Positions 9,177-19,325 of a stretch of 64,000 nucleotides of DNA are shown here, piece after piece. Source of the stretch: Candidatus Iainarchaeum sp. (lineage in GTDB: Archaea; Iainarchaeota; Iainarchaeia; Iainarchaeales; GCA-2688035); the NCBI GenBank assembly GCA_017610205.1, contig JAFCCL010000001.1, positions 122,805 to 186,804 of the forward strand, read 5' to 3'. Both the position numbers and the translations under genes were made by a program. The notes beneath the pieces are model-generated. The model saw only the letters and a list, made by a program, of their open reading frames with translations, did not search any database and had not been told where the DNA came from. Numbering within the stretch: position 1 is the first letter of the stretch; the number at the start of each line of letters is the position of its first letter.

Positions 9177-9845
9177 TTAAAAAGGCAAGCAAAAGCCACG
9201 AGGCGGTTTTGTCTTTGCTATTTTTTTGCTTGCGACTACAATTATTCCTTCGCTTAGTCTGCGTGGCATTGGAATGTTTTTGCTGATTTCCCTGCCGTTG
9301 TAACCCAAAATTGTTTCTACTTTGAATCCTGCCTGTTCAACTTCTTTGGCGATTGTTTTTGGGTTGAAGAAGCGAATGTGGGCCTTGTCTCCGCTGAGGA
9401 ATATGTCGTTGCCGAACAAAAGGCGAATTCTGTTTGAATAGTTTATTACATTTGGTGTTGTGAGAAACAGAATGCCTCCTTTGTTTAGTGCATTGGAGCA
9501 GTTTTTGAGAAATGTTTGGGTGTCAAAAACGTGTTCAATTATTTCTGTTGCAAAAATTGAATTGTATTTTTTTCCGGTTTTAATTTTCTTTTTTCCAAAA
9601 TCGCATTGGAAAAAACTTAGTTTTGGATTGTTTTTTTTTGCTCTTGCAATCGCTGCCTTGCTTATGTCGCATCCGTCAACTTTGTCAAAATGTTTTGCCA
9701 GCCACTTTGTTTTTTGACCATAGTAACATCCAAGGTCTAAAACAGGGCTTTTAAGGAATTTTAGTGCAATCTTGTTTACTTTTTTTGAATTGACCTGCAC
9801 AAAGCCCTTTTCTGCATAGTCTTCGTAGAATTCTTCAAGACTCAT
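9177..9845 (-). CDS. Class I SAM-dependent methyltransferase
   Basis: VLDLGCYYG, GCDIS, EIIEHV, LNKGGILFLTTPN. Confidence 0.88.
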   Translation of the reverse strand: MSLEEFYEDYAEKGFVQVNSKKVNKIALKFLKSPVLDLGCYYGQKTKWLAKHFDKVDGCDISKAAIARAKKNNPKLSFFQCDFGKKKIKTGKKYNSIFATEIIEHVFDTQTFLKNCSNALNKGGILFLTTPNVINYSNRIRLLFGNDIFLSGDKAHIRFFNPKTIAKEVEQAGFKVETILGYNGREISKNIPMPRRLSEGIIVVASKKIAKTKPPRGFCLPF

Positions 9846-10067
9846 AAAACGTACACCACTTTATTCATTTTAAATTACATCTTTCATACTTTTTAATGTT
9901 CTGGTGAATGTTTAAATTGAATTTGTTTTGTTTAACTTGAATTAATTTTTGTTTCAAAAAAGCTTTTTTGGGCTTTAATGTCAGCTATTTAAAGCTTTCT
10001 TTGCTTATATTTTTAATTCAGTGTCTTAATTTAAGTAGTTACATTTCTGAAAAAATGGTGATTTAAA

Positions 10068-10367
10068 ATGGTAAACAAAAAAGCAAAGGGAAAAAGGGCC
10101 AAAACAAGGTCAAAGCTCAAAAACAAGGCGGGTAAAGCCTCTGTTAATGAAATTCTAAGACCTTTTGGGAAAGGAGCAAAGGTTCAGATAAACATAAGGC
10201 CTGACATGCACAGCGGAATGCCGCCTGCAATCTACCAAGGTAGTTTTGGTATTGTAAAAGGAATGCAGGGCACTGCATACAATGTTTCGGTTAAAAAAGG
10301 CAACCTTAAAAATACTCTTATAGTTCGTGGAATTCACCTAAAAGAACAGGAGGGGAAATTCAAATGA
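10068..10367 (+). CDS. rpl21e: 50S ribosomal protein eL21
   Basis: GKRAKTRSKL, GMP...G..G.V.G, HLK; conserved rpl21e-rpoF-DUF655-ksgA synteny. Confidence 0.92.
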   Translation: MVNKKAKGKRAKTRSKLKNKAGKASVNEILRPFGKGAKVQINIRPDMHSGMPPAIYQGSFGIVKGMQGTAYNVSVKKGNLKNTLIVRGIHLKEQEGKFK

Positions 10368-10699
10368 TTGGAGAAAAATTCATTAACCAAAAGCCGGTTA
10401 GCCTGGCTGAAGTAAAGCAATTGCTTGCTGACAGAAAAAAAGAAAAAGACTTAACTTACGAACAGGATATTACTCTAAAGTTTGCAAAAAAGTTTTCAAA
10501 GCTTAGTTTGGCAAACGCAAAAAAGTTGCAGGCAGAGCTTGAAAAAATTGAAGAGCTTGATTCGGAAACAGTAACAAAGATCATTGACATTTTGCCGGAG
10601 AAAAAGGAAAAATTGCAGCTTCTTTTTATTAAGGAAACTGTGTTAAACGAGGTTGACTTGCAAAAAATCCTTTCCCTATGCAAAAAGTACAGGAAATAA
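10364..10699 (+). CDS. rpo4: RNA polymerase subunit Rpo4 (RpoF)
   Basis: LTYEQ...KFSKL...KIIDILP; synteny. Confidence 0.9.
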   Translation: MIGEKFINQKPVSLAEVKQLLADRKKEKDLTYEQDITLKFAKKFSKLSLANAKKLQAELEKIEELDSETVTKIIDILPEKKEKLQLLFIKETVLNEVDLQKILSLCKKYRK

Positions 10700-10729
10700 C
10701 TGATTTTTTTTTAAAAGCGGTGATATCCT

Positions 10730-11299
10730 ATGCCAAACGAAGAAGAAGCACTTGTATTAGATTACATGTCAAAAGGAAAGCCAAACAGCTTTAAGCCAGA
10801 GCCAATTGCCCAAATTTTGGGAAAGCAATTTTTTTCATTGCTTGAAGTGGTTCCAAAAGAAGACCTTAAGATAATGGAAACTGTTTATGTAGGCAAGGAC
10901 GAAAGGGCAAAAATTGATTTTATTAAGCGAAGAATAAACTTTAACATGCTTACAAGTACGGCAATTGCAGAACTTCAAAAGGCTGTTGAAAAAATTGTAA
11001 CCGATGACAAAAAAAGGTTTCTTGACTTTTTCAACAACGCACGTTCCATTACTCTTAGAAGGCACCAGCTTGAGCTTTTGCCAGGAATGGGAAAAAAGCA
11101 CATGCTTGACATTCTAAAAGAACGTGAAAAAAAGCCATTTGAGTCATTTGAAGACCTGATTGCAAGAGTAAAGCTTTTGCCAGATCCTTCAAAAACAATT
11201 GTAAAAAGAATAATGCTTGAACTGGAGGACGAAACACTCAACCATTATATTTTTGCCAGACCACCTGTAAAAGAAAAAACTTTTGGCAAAAGATTCTAA
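10730..11299 (+). CDS. DUF655 family RNA-binding protein
   Basis: VLDY, FSLLEV, HQLELLPGMGKK HhH motif; synteny. Confidence 0.9.
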   Translation: MPNEEEALVLDYMSKGKPNSFKPEPIAQILGKQFFSLLEVVPKEDLKIMETVYVGKDERAKIDFIKRRINFNMLTSTAIAELQKAVEKIVTDDKKRFLDFFNNARSITLRRHQLELLPGMGKKHMLDILKEREKKPFESFEDLIARVKLLPDPSKTIVKRIMLELEDETLNHYIFARPPVKEKTFGKRF

Positions 11300-11304
11300 A
11301 TTTT

Positions 11305-12123
11305 ATGAGCCTTTTTAACGAACTGCAAAACCTAATGGTAAAATACCGATTTAGGGCAAACAGAAAACTTTCACAAAATTTTGCAATAAACGAACAACTT
11401 ATTGAAAAAATTGTTGAACTTGCAGACTTAAAAGAAAGCGACACAGTTCTTGAAATTGGAGCAGGAACCGGTTTTCTTACAAGAGTTCTTTTGAAAAAAA
11501 GCAAAGTTGTAGCTGTTGAAAAAGATAACGGGCTTTGCGCATTGCTTGAAGAAGAGCTTTCCAAAAAAAACCTCGCCCTTGTATGCGGTGATTTCTTAAA
11601 AGCAAAGCTTCCAAAATACAACAAAGTTGTATCGCTTCCGCCCTACTCGCAAAGTTCAGCCATAATCTACAAGCTTTTGGAAAATCCATTTGAATTAGGA
11701 GTTCTTGTTTTTCAAAAAGAGTTTGCAGAAAAGCTTGTTGCCTGGCCTGGTTTTGATGAATACTGTGCTTTAACTGTTTTAACCCAATGCTATTTTGATC
11801 CAAAAATTGTGCAAACAGTGTCATCAGGCTTATTTTTTCCAAAACCAAAAAGCGAAAGCGTAATTATTGTGCTCAAGCAATGTTCAGAACCTCCAAAAAT
11901 CAAAGACAAAAAAAAGTTTGTTCTTTTTGTAAAAACTCTTTTCAGGTTCAGAAACAAAAATCTTGCAAATGCCTTAAACAAAAGCAGGCAATTTTTACTA
12001 CCCTCGTTTGGAATTAGTGCGGAAAAGTTCAACAAAAGAGTCGCCTCTATTGAACTGTCGGAAGAAAAGGTTGACCTGCTTCCAGTTGAATACTTTGTCG
12101 AAATATTTAATGAACTGGCTTAA
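11305..12123 (+). CDS. rsmA: 16S rRNA dimethyladenosine transferase KsgA/RsmA
   Basis: LSQNF, VLEIGAGTGFLT, QKEFAEKL, FFPKPKSES. Confidence 0.93.
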   Translation: MSLFNELQNLMVKYRFRANRKLSQNFAINEQLIEKIVELADLKESDTVLEIGAGTGFLTRVLLKKSKVVAVEKDNGLCALLEEELSKKNLALVCGDFLKAKLPKYNKVVSLPPYSQSSAIIYKLLENPFELGVLVFQKEFAEKLVAWPGFDEYCALTVLTQCYFDPKIVQTVSSGLFFPKPKSESVIIVLKQCSEPPKIKDKKKFVLFVKTLFRFRNKNLANALNKSRQFLLPSFGISAEKFNKRVASIELSEEKVDLLPVEYFVEIFNELA

Positions 12124-12129
12124 AAAGTT

Positions 12130-13662
12130 TCACGGCATTATTTCAATTATGTTGCGTTCCAATGCAACAATTTCGTTCTTTTTTGCATAGTCCAAAGCAA
12201 GCTTGAGCTTTCTCTTGTTTTTGCTAAAAATTCTAAACAACGGCTGCTTTTTTTTAAGAATGTTGCCTTCTTCAACATAAAGATACAGTCCTGCTTCCTT
12301 GTCGGCAGGAGCTCCGGCAATTCTTGCAACCGTATTGCATTTTCTTACATTAATCTTGTCAATTGTTCCGGATCCTGTTGAAAGCACATCCTTTCCAAGC
12401 TTTAACTTTGGCATTTTACTGCTTTTAAGGTAATGTCTGCCCTGTGCTTTTATTATTTGCTGCATTTTTTTCAAAGCCCTTCCGCTTTCAAGAATTTCCT
12501 TTGCAATCGTATAACCCTTTCCTTTTTTTGCCTTGCCGCACAATTCCAAAAGAATTCCAGCAAGCTCACAGCTTTTTTGTGCAAGATCATCAAAAAACTC
12601 ACCTTCCAAAATCTGCATTACATACTTTGCTTCAAGTGCTGGCCCAAAAACCTTTCCGCATGGATGCGTTCCGTCAGTCAAAACAGCCTGAACTTTTATT
12701 CCAAGGTGCTTTCCAACAGCAATAAATTTTCTTGCCATATCCTCTGCTTTTTCCTTTGTATGAATTTTTACATCTGGTCCAACAGGCAAATCAATTACAA
12801 CAAACCTGCTTCCAACACTTGCTTTTTTTGCCATTACTGAAGCAATAACCTGCCCAGGTGGGTCAAGAGAAAAAGGGTGCTCTATTTTGATTATTTCGTC
12901 GTCAACAGGAGCAAGGTCTAATGCGCCACCCCATGCAATCACTCCTCCAATATTTTCAGTAATGCTTTTTATCTTGTTCATTGAAAGCGAAACATCTGCA
13001 AGCACTTCCATTACGTCGGCTGTTCCTGCAGCGCTGGTAATGCTTCTGCTGCTTGTTTTTGGAATAAAACATCCTGCCGAGGCAACAATTGGAACAACAA
13101 TCATTGTAGTCCTGCCATTTGTTCCGCCAATGCAGTGCTTGTCAACAACCGGCTTTTTTGAAATTTTTATTTCCTTTCCATTTTCCGCCAATGCCTTTGT
13201 CATTGCAACCGTTTCATCCAAAGTGTATCCATGAACAAATACCGCGCTTACAAAAGCGCTTGTTTCAATTTCACTCAAAGCATTTTTGCCCATGTCGCTT
13301 ATAATTTCTCTAATTTCTTTTTCTCGCAATTCCTCTCCGTTAAGCTTTTTTTTAATGTAAACAAGCGAAACAAGTTTTGGAACAGGGGTAACTCTTATCC
13401 TGCTTTTTCCATCAAGCGAAAGCTTTTCCTTAACGCTTTTGAATACTCCAAGTTGGTTTGGCTTTACCATTGAATCAGTAACATCCACAACTGTTACAAT
13501 TTTTCTGCTGCTTCCAACTGCCTTTAATTCAACCCTGTCAAGTGGAAAAAGCCCAAGCTCGCCTGCATCAATTCTGTTCATTATGCAAATCATGCGCTGG
13601 GCTTCAATGTCAAAAGACTTCACAGACATTATCTGACTATATGCACTCTTGCTTTTTTTCAT
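12130..13662 (-). CDS. AMP phosphorylase (thymidine phosphorylase family, archaeal long form)
   Basis: DKHCIGG, IPKTSSRSITSAAGTADVMEVL, ASVMAKK; N-terminal extra domain. Confidence 0.92.
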   Translation of the reverse strand: MKKSKSAYSQIMSVKSFDIEAQRMICIMNRIDAGELGLFPLDRVELKAVGSSRKIVTVVDVTDSMVKPNQLGVFKSVKEKLSLDGKSRIRVTPVPKLVSLVYIKKKLNGEELREKEIREIISDMGKNALSEIETSAFVSAVFVHGYTLDETVAMTKALAENGKEIKISKKPVVDKHCIGGTNGRTTMIVVPIVASAGCFIPKTSSRSITSAAGTADVMEVLADVSLSMNKIKSITENIGGVIAWGGALDLAPVDDEIIKIEHPFSLDPPGQVIASVMAKKASVGSRFVVIDLPVGPDVKIHTKEKAEDMARKFIAVGKHLGIKVQAVLTDGTHPCGKVFGPALEAKYVMQILEGEFFDDLAQKSCELAGILLELCGKAKKGKGYTIAKEILESGRALKKMQQIIKAQGRHYLKSSKMPKLKLGKDVLSTGSGTIDKINVRKCNTVARIAGAPADKEAGLYLYVEEGNILKKKQPLFRIFSKNKRKLKLALDYAKKNEIVALERNIIEIMP

Positions 13663-13751
13663 GCTAACTAGTAAAGTGAAAAGAGGTATTTAATTCTATC
13701 CTGCCTTTGTGGCTTACAGCTTGCTTGTCAGTTCTTCCGTTACACTGGTTT

Positions 13752-14456
13752 TTATAATTTGCTTGTCAGTTCTTTTGCTGCCTTTGTTTTGTCTTCTGCA
13801 TTGTAAATGCCTCTTCCAACAATAGCATGCCATCTTTTGCCTGCTGCCTTTCCGCTTTCACTGATTTCTCCACCTTGTGCTACAAGACCTGGGCTGTACA
13901 AAACAGGTTCAATTCCCTTGCTTTCAAAAAGTTCCTTGTAAGAAGCAATCTTCTCCGGTTTGTTTCCTGGAACAACAAAGTCTGTTACCCCTTCTTCAAT
14001 TGCAATCTCGTACATTCTTTTTGGAGAAGAGTTGTCAATAAAACCACCGTTTTCTTTCAAGTAGGTTGGGTGGGTCATCTCTCCCCCAACGATTACTCCA
14101 AGACCTTTGGCTTTTGCTGCTTCAATCCATGCCTTTTCTGTTTGAGGGCCGGCTTGTGGAAAAAATATCACTGCGTCAATTCCTGCTTCACTGCAAACGC
14201 TTGCAAACTTTTCCCCCATTGGCGGAATGTCTGTTCCTGCCTTTTGATGGTCGTAAATAATTGGCTTGTCGCTGTACTCTCTTATTGTGCTTACAACCTT
14301 TCCCAAACCAAATCCAAGGCCCAAAGAAAAGCCAACTTTGTAGGCACCAATCTTTTTCACACCAGCAGTTGCTTTTACAAGTTCATCAAGTTCTTGCAAT
14401 GTTGCAACATCACAGGCAGGAATAATGCTTTTGTTTATTGGAATTATTTTGTTCAT
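13752..14456 (-). CDS. pyrF: Orotidine-5'-phosphate decarboxylase
   Basis: IPACD, YKVG, YDHQKAGTDIP, SPG..QGG, IVGRGIY. Confidence 0.93.
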   Translation of the reverse strand: MNKIIPINKSIIPACDVATLQELDELVKATAGVKKIGAYKVGFSLGLGFGLGKVVSTIREYSDKPIIYDHQKAGTDIPPMGEKFASVCSEAGIDAVIFFPQAGPQTEKAWIEAAKAKGLGVIVGGEMTHPTYLKENGGFIDNSSPKRMYEIAIEEGVTDFVVPGNKPEKIASYKELFESKGIEPVLYSPGLVAQGGEISESGKAAGKRWHAIVGRGIYNAEDKTKAAKELTSKL

Positions 14457-14457
14457 T

Positions 14458-15093
14458 TTAGTTTACCTCCTTGTCAGCCATCTTTTTACTCCATTCTTCT
14501 GAATTTGAAAGATAGTCTTTAATTGAATCAAATTGTTTCTGAGAAATTTTTCCTGTTTCAACCAGGTATTGTAGCAATTCAGAAACCTTCAAAACAGCGT
14601 GCAACTCATAGCCCTTTTCCTTCAATTCTTCTGGACCGCCTTGCTCTCTGTCAATTAGCACAACAATGTCCTTTACTTTCAATCCTGCTTCTTCTAAGGG
14701 CTTTACTGCCTCAAACTTGCTTGTTCCTCTGGTAATCAAATCGTCTATTACCAGAACTGTTTCCCCATCCTTGAAAACTCCTTCAATTGAGTTCTTTGTG
14801 CCGTGTGCCTTTATGTCCTTTCTGGGGTAAATCATTGACCATCCTGATTCTAAAGAAACGGCTGTGGCAATTGGCATTGCAGCATAGGGGATTCCTGCAA
14901 TCCTGTCAAATTCCAAGCCTTTTCCAATTTCAACCAGTTTACTGGAAACCATTTTTAATGCATCTGGATACGAGGCCAACAGCCTTAAATCAATGTAGAT
15001 TGGACTAAGCAACCCGCTCTTTAGCGTAAACTTTCCAAACTTCACTGCTCCAATCTCAAACAGCTTTTCGCACAATTCCTGTTTTGAAGTCAT
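14458..15093 (-). CDS. pyrE: Orotate phosphoribosyltransferase
   Basis: FTLKSGLLSPIYIDLR, VIDDLITRGTS. Confidence 0.96.
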   Translation of the reverse strand: MTSKQELCEKLFEIGAVKFGKFTLKSGLLSPIYIDLRLLASYPDALKMVSSKLVEIGKGLEFDRIAGIPYAAMPIATAVSLESGWSMIYPRKDIKAHGTKNSIEGVFKDGETVLVIDDLITRGTSKFEAVKPLEEAGLKVKDIVVLIDREQGGPEELKEKGYELHAVLKVSELLQYLVETGKISQKQFDSIKDYLSNSEEWSKKMADKEVN

Positions 15094-15218
15094 TTCAATT
15101 TTTCCTCCTGTCTTTTTTTAATATTACCCATACGTTTCACCTATAAATCTTAATCTTCTTTTCATTTTTAACACCTTTTCTGCAATTATAAGCAAATTAG
15201 AAACTCTTTTTTTAACTA

Positions 15219-15437
15219 CTAACTAATGTTTGTGCGGTTTCCATCAGTTTCGCCTTTTCCAATGTTATTTCTTCGTTTGGCCTCATTTTGCATTAACTTT
15301 TTTGCCAAAGGGTTTGTTTCCCTTTTAGCTTCATTAGCAACTCTTTCGGTTTCCCTTCTAAACAGCCTGTTTAACATTCTTCCAAATCTTCCACCAGGGC
15401 TAGGAGTTCTGCCAATTTTTTTTGGGAGCCTTCTCAT
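15219..15437 (-). CDS. Small, highly basic orphan protein (72 aa)
   Basis: ATG preceded by GGTGAT RBS; R/K-rich; fills the gap between pyrC and pyrE. Confidence 0.6.
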   Translation of the reverse strand: MRRLPKKIGRTPSPGGRFGRMLNRLFRRETERVANEAKRETNPLAKKLMQNEAKRRNNIGKGETDGNRTNIS

Positions 15438-15465
15438 AATTTATCACCATCCATTAATTATAATG

Positions 15466-16755
15466 TCAAGAAATGTTTCCATTGCTAAAAACAACTTTCC
15501 CCTTAACAATTGTATAAACAGCCTTTCCCTTTAACTTCATTCCTGCAAAGGGTGTGTTTCTTCCCTTTGATTCAAATTTTTCAGGGTCAACTTTTTCTTC
15601 TTTGTTCAAGTCAATTATTGTAATATCTGCGTTCGCTCCCTTTGAAAGCGTGCCCTTGTCAAGACCAAGAACCTTTGCTGGGTTGATTGACATTTTTGCA
15701 ATTGCATCCTCCAAAGAAAGAATCTTTTCGTTCACAAGCTTTGTTAAAACCAATGGCAGTGTTGTCTCAAGTCCAACCATTCCATTTTCGCACAAGTCAA
15801 ACTCTCTAAACTTTTCAACAAGAGTGTGTGGTGCGTGGTCTGAGGCAATAACCTCAATTGTTCCATCCTTCAACCCTTCCTTTACTGCTTCAACATGTTC
15901 TTTGCTTCTCAAAGGAGGGTTAACCTTTGCGTTCACATTATAGCCTCTAACATCCTTGTCTGAGAGGGCAAAATAGTGCGGGCATGTTTCGGCTGAAACC
16001 TTTTGCTCAGCTTTCTTTGCTGTTCTAACAAGCTCAACGCTTCCCTTTGTGGAAACATGGCAGAAGTGAATTGGCCATTGCACCATCTTGCTCAAAATTA
16101 TTTCCCTTGCAACCATTACTTCTTCGGCTGCAGCTGGCTTTCCAGCCAAACCAAGTTCTGTACTAACAAGACCCTCGTGCATTACTCCGCCTGCAGCCAA
16201 TCTGATGTCCTCTGAGTGCGACAAAACAGGCATATTCCACATCCTGCAATACTCTAAAGCTTTTCTCATAAGGTTTGCATCCTGGACATCAGAGCCATCA
16301 TCGCTTACTGCAACAGCGCCTGTTTTCTTTAGCTCTCCAATTTCTGCCAATTCCTTTCCCTTCCTGCCCTTTGTAATTGCTCCAACAGGCAGAACGTTTA
16401 CAATTGCCTCCTTTGCTGCCTTGCTTTTCACAAACTCAATAACTGTCTGGTTGTCTGCATCAGGGGTTGTGTTCGGCATTCCAACAATTGTTGCAAAACC
16501 TCCTTTTGCAGCAGCCTTTGAAGCAGTCCTAATTGTTTCCTTGTCTTCTCTGCCTGGTTCCCTTAAATGAACATGCATGTCAATTAAGCCTGGAACAACA
16601 ATTAATCCCTCTGCGCTAATTGTTTCATCAGCCTTTGCATCAATTCCTTTTCCAACCTCTTTTATTTTGCCGTTTTCAACCAAAATGTCAAGTTTCTTGT
16701 CTATCTTGTTTGCCGGGTCAATTACTCTTCCTCCTTTTATTAGCAGGCTTGTCAT
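15466..16755 (-). CDS. pyrC: Dihydroorotase (type I, multifunctional-complex type)
   Basis: DMHVHLREPG, MPNT, HSED, KVNPPLR, ASDHAPH. Confidence 0.96.
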   Translation of the reverse strand: MTSLLIKGGRVIDPANKIDKKLDILVENGKIKEVGKGIDAKADETISAEGLIVVPGLIDMHVHLREPGREDKETIRTASKAAAKGGFATIVGMPNTTPDADNQTVIEFVKSKAAKEAIVNVLPVGAITKGRKGKELAEIGELKKTGAVAVSDDGSDVQDANLMRKALEYCRMWNMPVLSHSEDIRLAAGGVMHEGLVSTELGLAGKPAAAEEVMVAREIILSKMVQWPIHFCHVSTKGSVELVRTAKKAEQKVSAETCPHYFALSDKDVRGYNVNAKVNPPLRSKEHVEAVKEGLKDGTIEVIASDHAPHTLVEKFREFDLCENGMVGLETTLPLVLTKLVNEKILSLEDAIAKMSINPAKVLGLDKGTLSKGANADITIIDLNKEEKVDPEKFESKGRNTPFAGMKLKGKAVYTIVKGKVVFSNGNIS

Positions 16756-17771
16756 CTTCTATCGCCTCCCAATAGCAGGTAAAGCAATGCAAGCCTTAGG
16801 GCAAAACCGTTTTCGACCTGGGCTTCTACAGCACTTCTATCAGATTCCATTATCTCAGTTTTTAAATCAACCTCTCTGTTGATTGGACCAGGGTGCATGA
16901 CAATTGCGTCAAATTTGGCAAGTGCAAGCCTTTCCTGATTAACACAATAACTTTTGCTGTATTCCCTTACTGAGGGAATGTCTCCGCCTGCAGCCCTCTC
17001 TAATTGAATTCTCAAAGCATAAATTATGTCAACTCCCTTAACTGCTTCGTCCAGGTGGTTAAAGACCTTGCATTTGAATACTTTTTCCATTCCGTACGGC
17101 ATCAGGGTTGGTGGTCCAACAATGTGTGGCTTTACTCCAAACTTGTTTAAGGCTCTAATCAGCGAGCCTGCTACTCTGCTGTGTTTTATGTCTCCAACAA
17201 GAGCTACTTTTAATCCCTCAATTTGCCCTCTTTTATCAAGCATTGTATAAAGGTCAAGCATTGCCTGTGTTGGGTGCTCGTGCCACCCGTCTCCTGCATT
17301 GATAACAGGTGCATTAATCTGCCCTGCAATCATTTCGGGAGAACCAGCTTTTGCGTGCCTTAGAATAATTATATCCGCGTGCATTGCATTCAATGTTCTA
17401 ACAACGTCGTTTAGTGTTTCGCCCTTTTTGTCAATAGTGCTTCCTGAACCAGAAACATTTATTGTGTCAATGCTTAGGTTTTTTCCAGCCAGTTCAAAGG
17501 AAACCCTTGTTCTGGTGCTTGCTTCAAAGAAAAAGTTTATTTGGCTCATTCCCTTCAAGAGATTAATTTTTTTGTCTGGCTTGATAATAAATTCTTTAAA
17601 AAGTTTTGTGCAGTCAAAAACAAGTTCCATATCTTCCTTGCTTAATTCATCAATGCTGATAATGTTTTTGCCTGGAAGTTTTCTGTTACCAATTACCTTA
17701 ATTAATCTGTCTTCAAAGTCTTCCTGCCACTTTCCAATTTCTTCCCAGAGCTTTTGTCTTCTTGGATGCAA
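16752..17771 (-). CDS. pyrB: Aspartate carbamoyltransferase catalytic subunit
   Basis: FFEASTRTRVSF, INAGDG.HEHPTQ, HSRVA, MHPGPINR. Confidence 0.96.
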   Translation of the reverse strand: MHPRRQKLWEEIGKWQEDFEDRLIKVIGNRKLPGKNIISIDELSKEDMELVFDCTKLFKEFIIKPDKKINLLKGMSQINFFFEASTRTRVSFELAGKNLSIDTINVSGSGSTIDKKGETLNDVVRTLNAMHADIIILRHAKAGSPEMIAGQINAPVINAGDGWHEHPTQAMLDLYTMLDKRGQIEGLKVALVGDIKHSRVAGSLIRALNKFGVKPHIVGPPTLMPYGMEKVFKCKVFNHLDEAVKGVDIIYALRIQLERAAGGDIPSVREYSKSYCVNQERLALAKFDAIVMHPGPINREVDLKTEIMESDRSAVEAQVENGFALRLALLYLLLGGDRR

Positions 17772-17898
17772 CTATCTCCCACCTAAAATTACTTCCTCAA
17801 TTACCCTTTTAAAACAATGCAGGGTTTTAGTCAAAACATCTTTTTTTATTAATTTTCAACTTTATTCTTCTTTTTGTCAACTACAAAATTTCTCCTAT

Positions 17899-18519
17899 TT
17901 ACTTAATGTTTATACTTAAATCCAATATAAAAGCAGTAATCTTTTTTTCCTTTGTGTCAATTAAGAATTCCCATGCATCATTAAGATCCAAACCCAATTC
18001 CTTTGCGCCATTTGTTTCTTTTTCAACATATTGCTTTACTTCTTCAATTGCATTTCCTTCAATGCCAAACTTTTCAGCAATCCTTTTAGCCAAAGAAAAT
18101 GACTTTGCTCTTAAATCTCCAATTTTTGTCAAATCTGTTAGCGCAACATGCTTTTCTCCATTAATTTCAGCAATCCTTATTGTTGATGGTACATGAAAGC
18201 CATTCTTTTTAAGTTTTTGAAATGTTTTGAATTCCTTTTCTGCAATGGTGCTTTGGGTTTCGCCCTTTGAGAATTGCCGAAGATTATACTTTTTCACAAC
18301 AAGCCTTCTTACCCTAGGCCCCTCGAAAACAATTAAATCAAAGGCCTTGCCATGTCTGCCTCTTGCTGGAGTGGTATATCGTTTTAGAATCTTTCTTCCA
18401 TCTGGAACAGCGGTTGTACTCATTGATTTAACTCTCTTCACATTTCTGTCCACAGCCAAAGCACTTGCAGCAAAATCCCTTTTTCCGCCCTTTAAAACAG
18501 TTGATTTCTTTGCCTTCAT
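17899..18519 (-). CDS. Basic orphan protein with putative minimal protein-kinase-like fold
   Basis: ATG overlaps the pyrK stop (ATGA); ordered motifs RGRHGKA / VVKK / EKEF / GFHVP / LTDL / NDAW / ILDL. Confidence 0.6.
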   Translation of the reverse strand: MKAKKSTVLKGGKRDFAASALAVDRNVKRVKSMSTTAVPDGRKILKRYTTPARGRHGKAFDLIVFEGPRVRRLVVKKYNLRQFSKGETQSTIAEKEFKTFQKLKKNGFHVPSTIRIAEINGEKHVALTDLTKIGDLRAKSFSLAKRIAEKFGIEGNAIEEVKQYVEKETNGAKELGLDLNDAWEFLIDTKEKKITAFILDLSINIK

Positions 18520-19325
18520 TGCCTCCACTCCGCAAACTCCTTCAAAGAAACTTCCTTTCCTGATTTTAATAATGCCTTTTCTCCAAACTCGGGCATTTCA
18601 CGCAATTGCTCGCTTTTGAAGACAGGTCCGTCCTTGCAAACAAGCCACTTGCCCAAAGCACAGGCTCCACAAACTCCAAACCCGCATCGCATATATCTCT
18701 CCAAATTCAGCTGGCATTCAATTCCTTTCCTTTCACAAATTTCAAAAGCCTTCTTCATCATTGGCTCTGGTCCGCAGCCAAATACAATGTCAAACTTTTG
18801 TTTGGCAAGCAGTTTTTCCAGCATGCTTGTGGCATAACCCTTTTCTCCAAGAGAACCATCATCAGTTGTTATGTATAAGTTCTTAGTGGTTTTGCCTAGT
18901 CTTTCCTTAAACAGGCATTCCTTGCCTGTTTTTGCGCCAAGGATTACACTCAAGTCAATGCCTTTTTTCTTAAACTGCTCTGCCAGAAGAAGAACTGGTG
19001 CAGCCCCGCATCCTCCTGCAATAATGCAGACTTTCTTCACTTCCTCTGTACTGAATCCGTTTCCGTATGGACCGCGAATTCCAATCTTGCCTCCTTCTTT
19101 CAAATCACACATTGCTTTTGTAAATTTTCCCTTGCATTGCACTGTTACAGCGCACTCTTTTCCTTTGGCAGTAAGGGTAAATGGCTTTTCGTCAATGTCA
19201 GGAAGCCAGAGCATTGCAAATTGGCCTGGCTTTGCATTCATTTTGTGTTCAAGGTAGTATGTTTTGATGTTTGGGGTTTCCTGGACAATTCTCTTAATGG
19301 AAACCATTTTTGGCAGCTTGGTCAT
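18516..19325 (-). CDS. pyrK: Dihydroorotate dehydrogenase electron transfer subunit
   Basis: RGPYGNGF, AGGCGAAP, GCGPEPMM, MRCGFGVCGAC...VCKDGPVF. Confidence 0.95.
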   Translation of the reverse strand: MTKLPKMVSIKRIVQETPNIKTYYLEHKMNAKPGQFAMLWLPDIDEKPFTLTAKGKECAVTVQCKGKFTKAMCDLKEGGKIGIRGPYGNGFSTEEVKKVCIIAGGCGAAPVLLLAEQFKKKGIDLSVILGAKTGKECLFKERLGKTTKNLYITTDDGSLGEKGYATSMLEKLLAKQKFDIVFGCGPEPMMKKAFEICERKGIECQLNLERYMRCGFGVCGACALGKWLVCKDGPVFKSEQLREMPEFGEKALLKSGKEVSLKEFAEWRQ

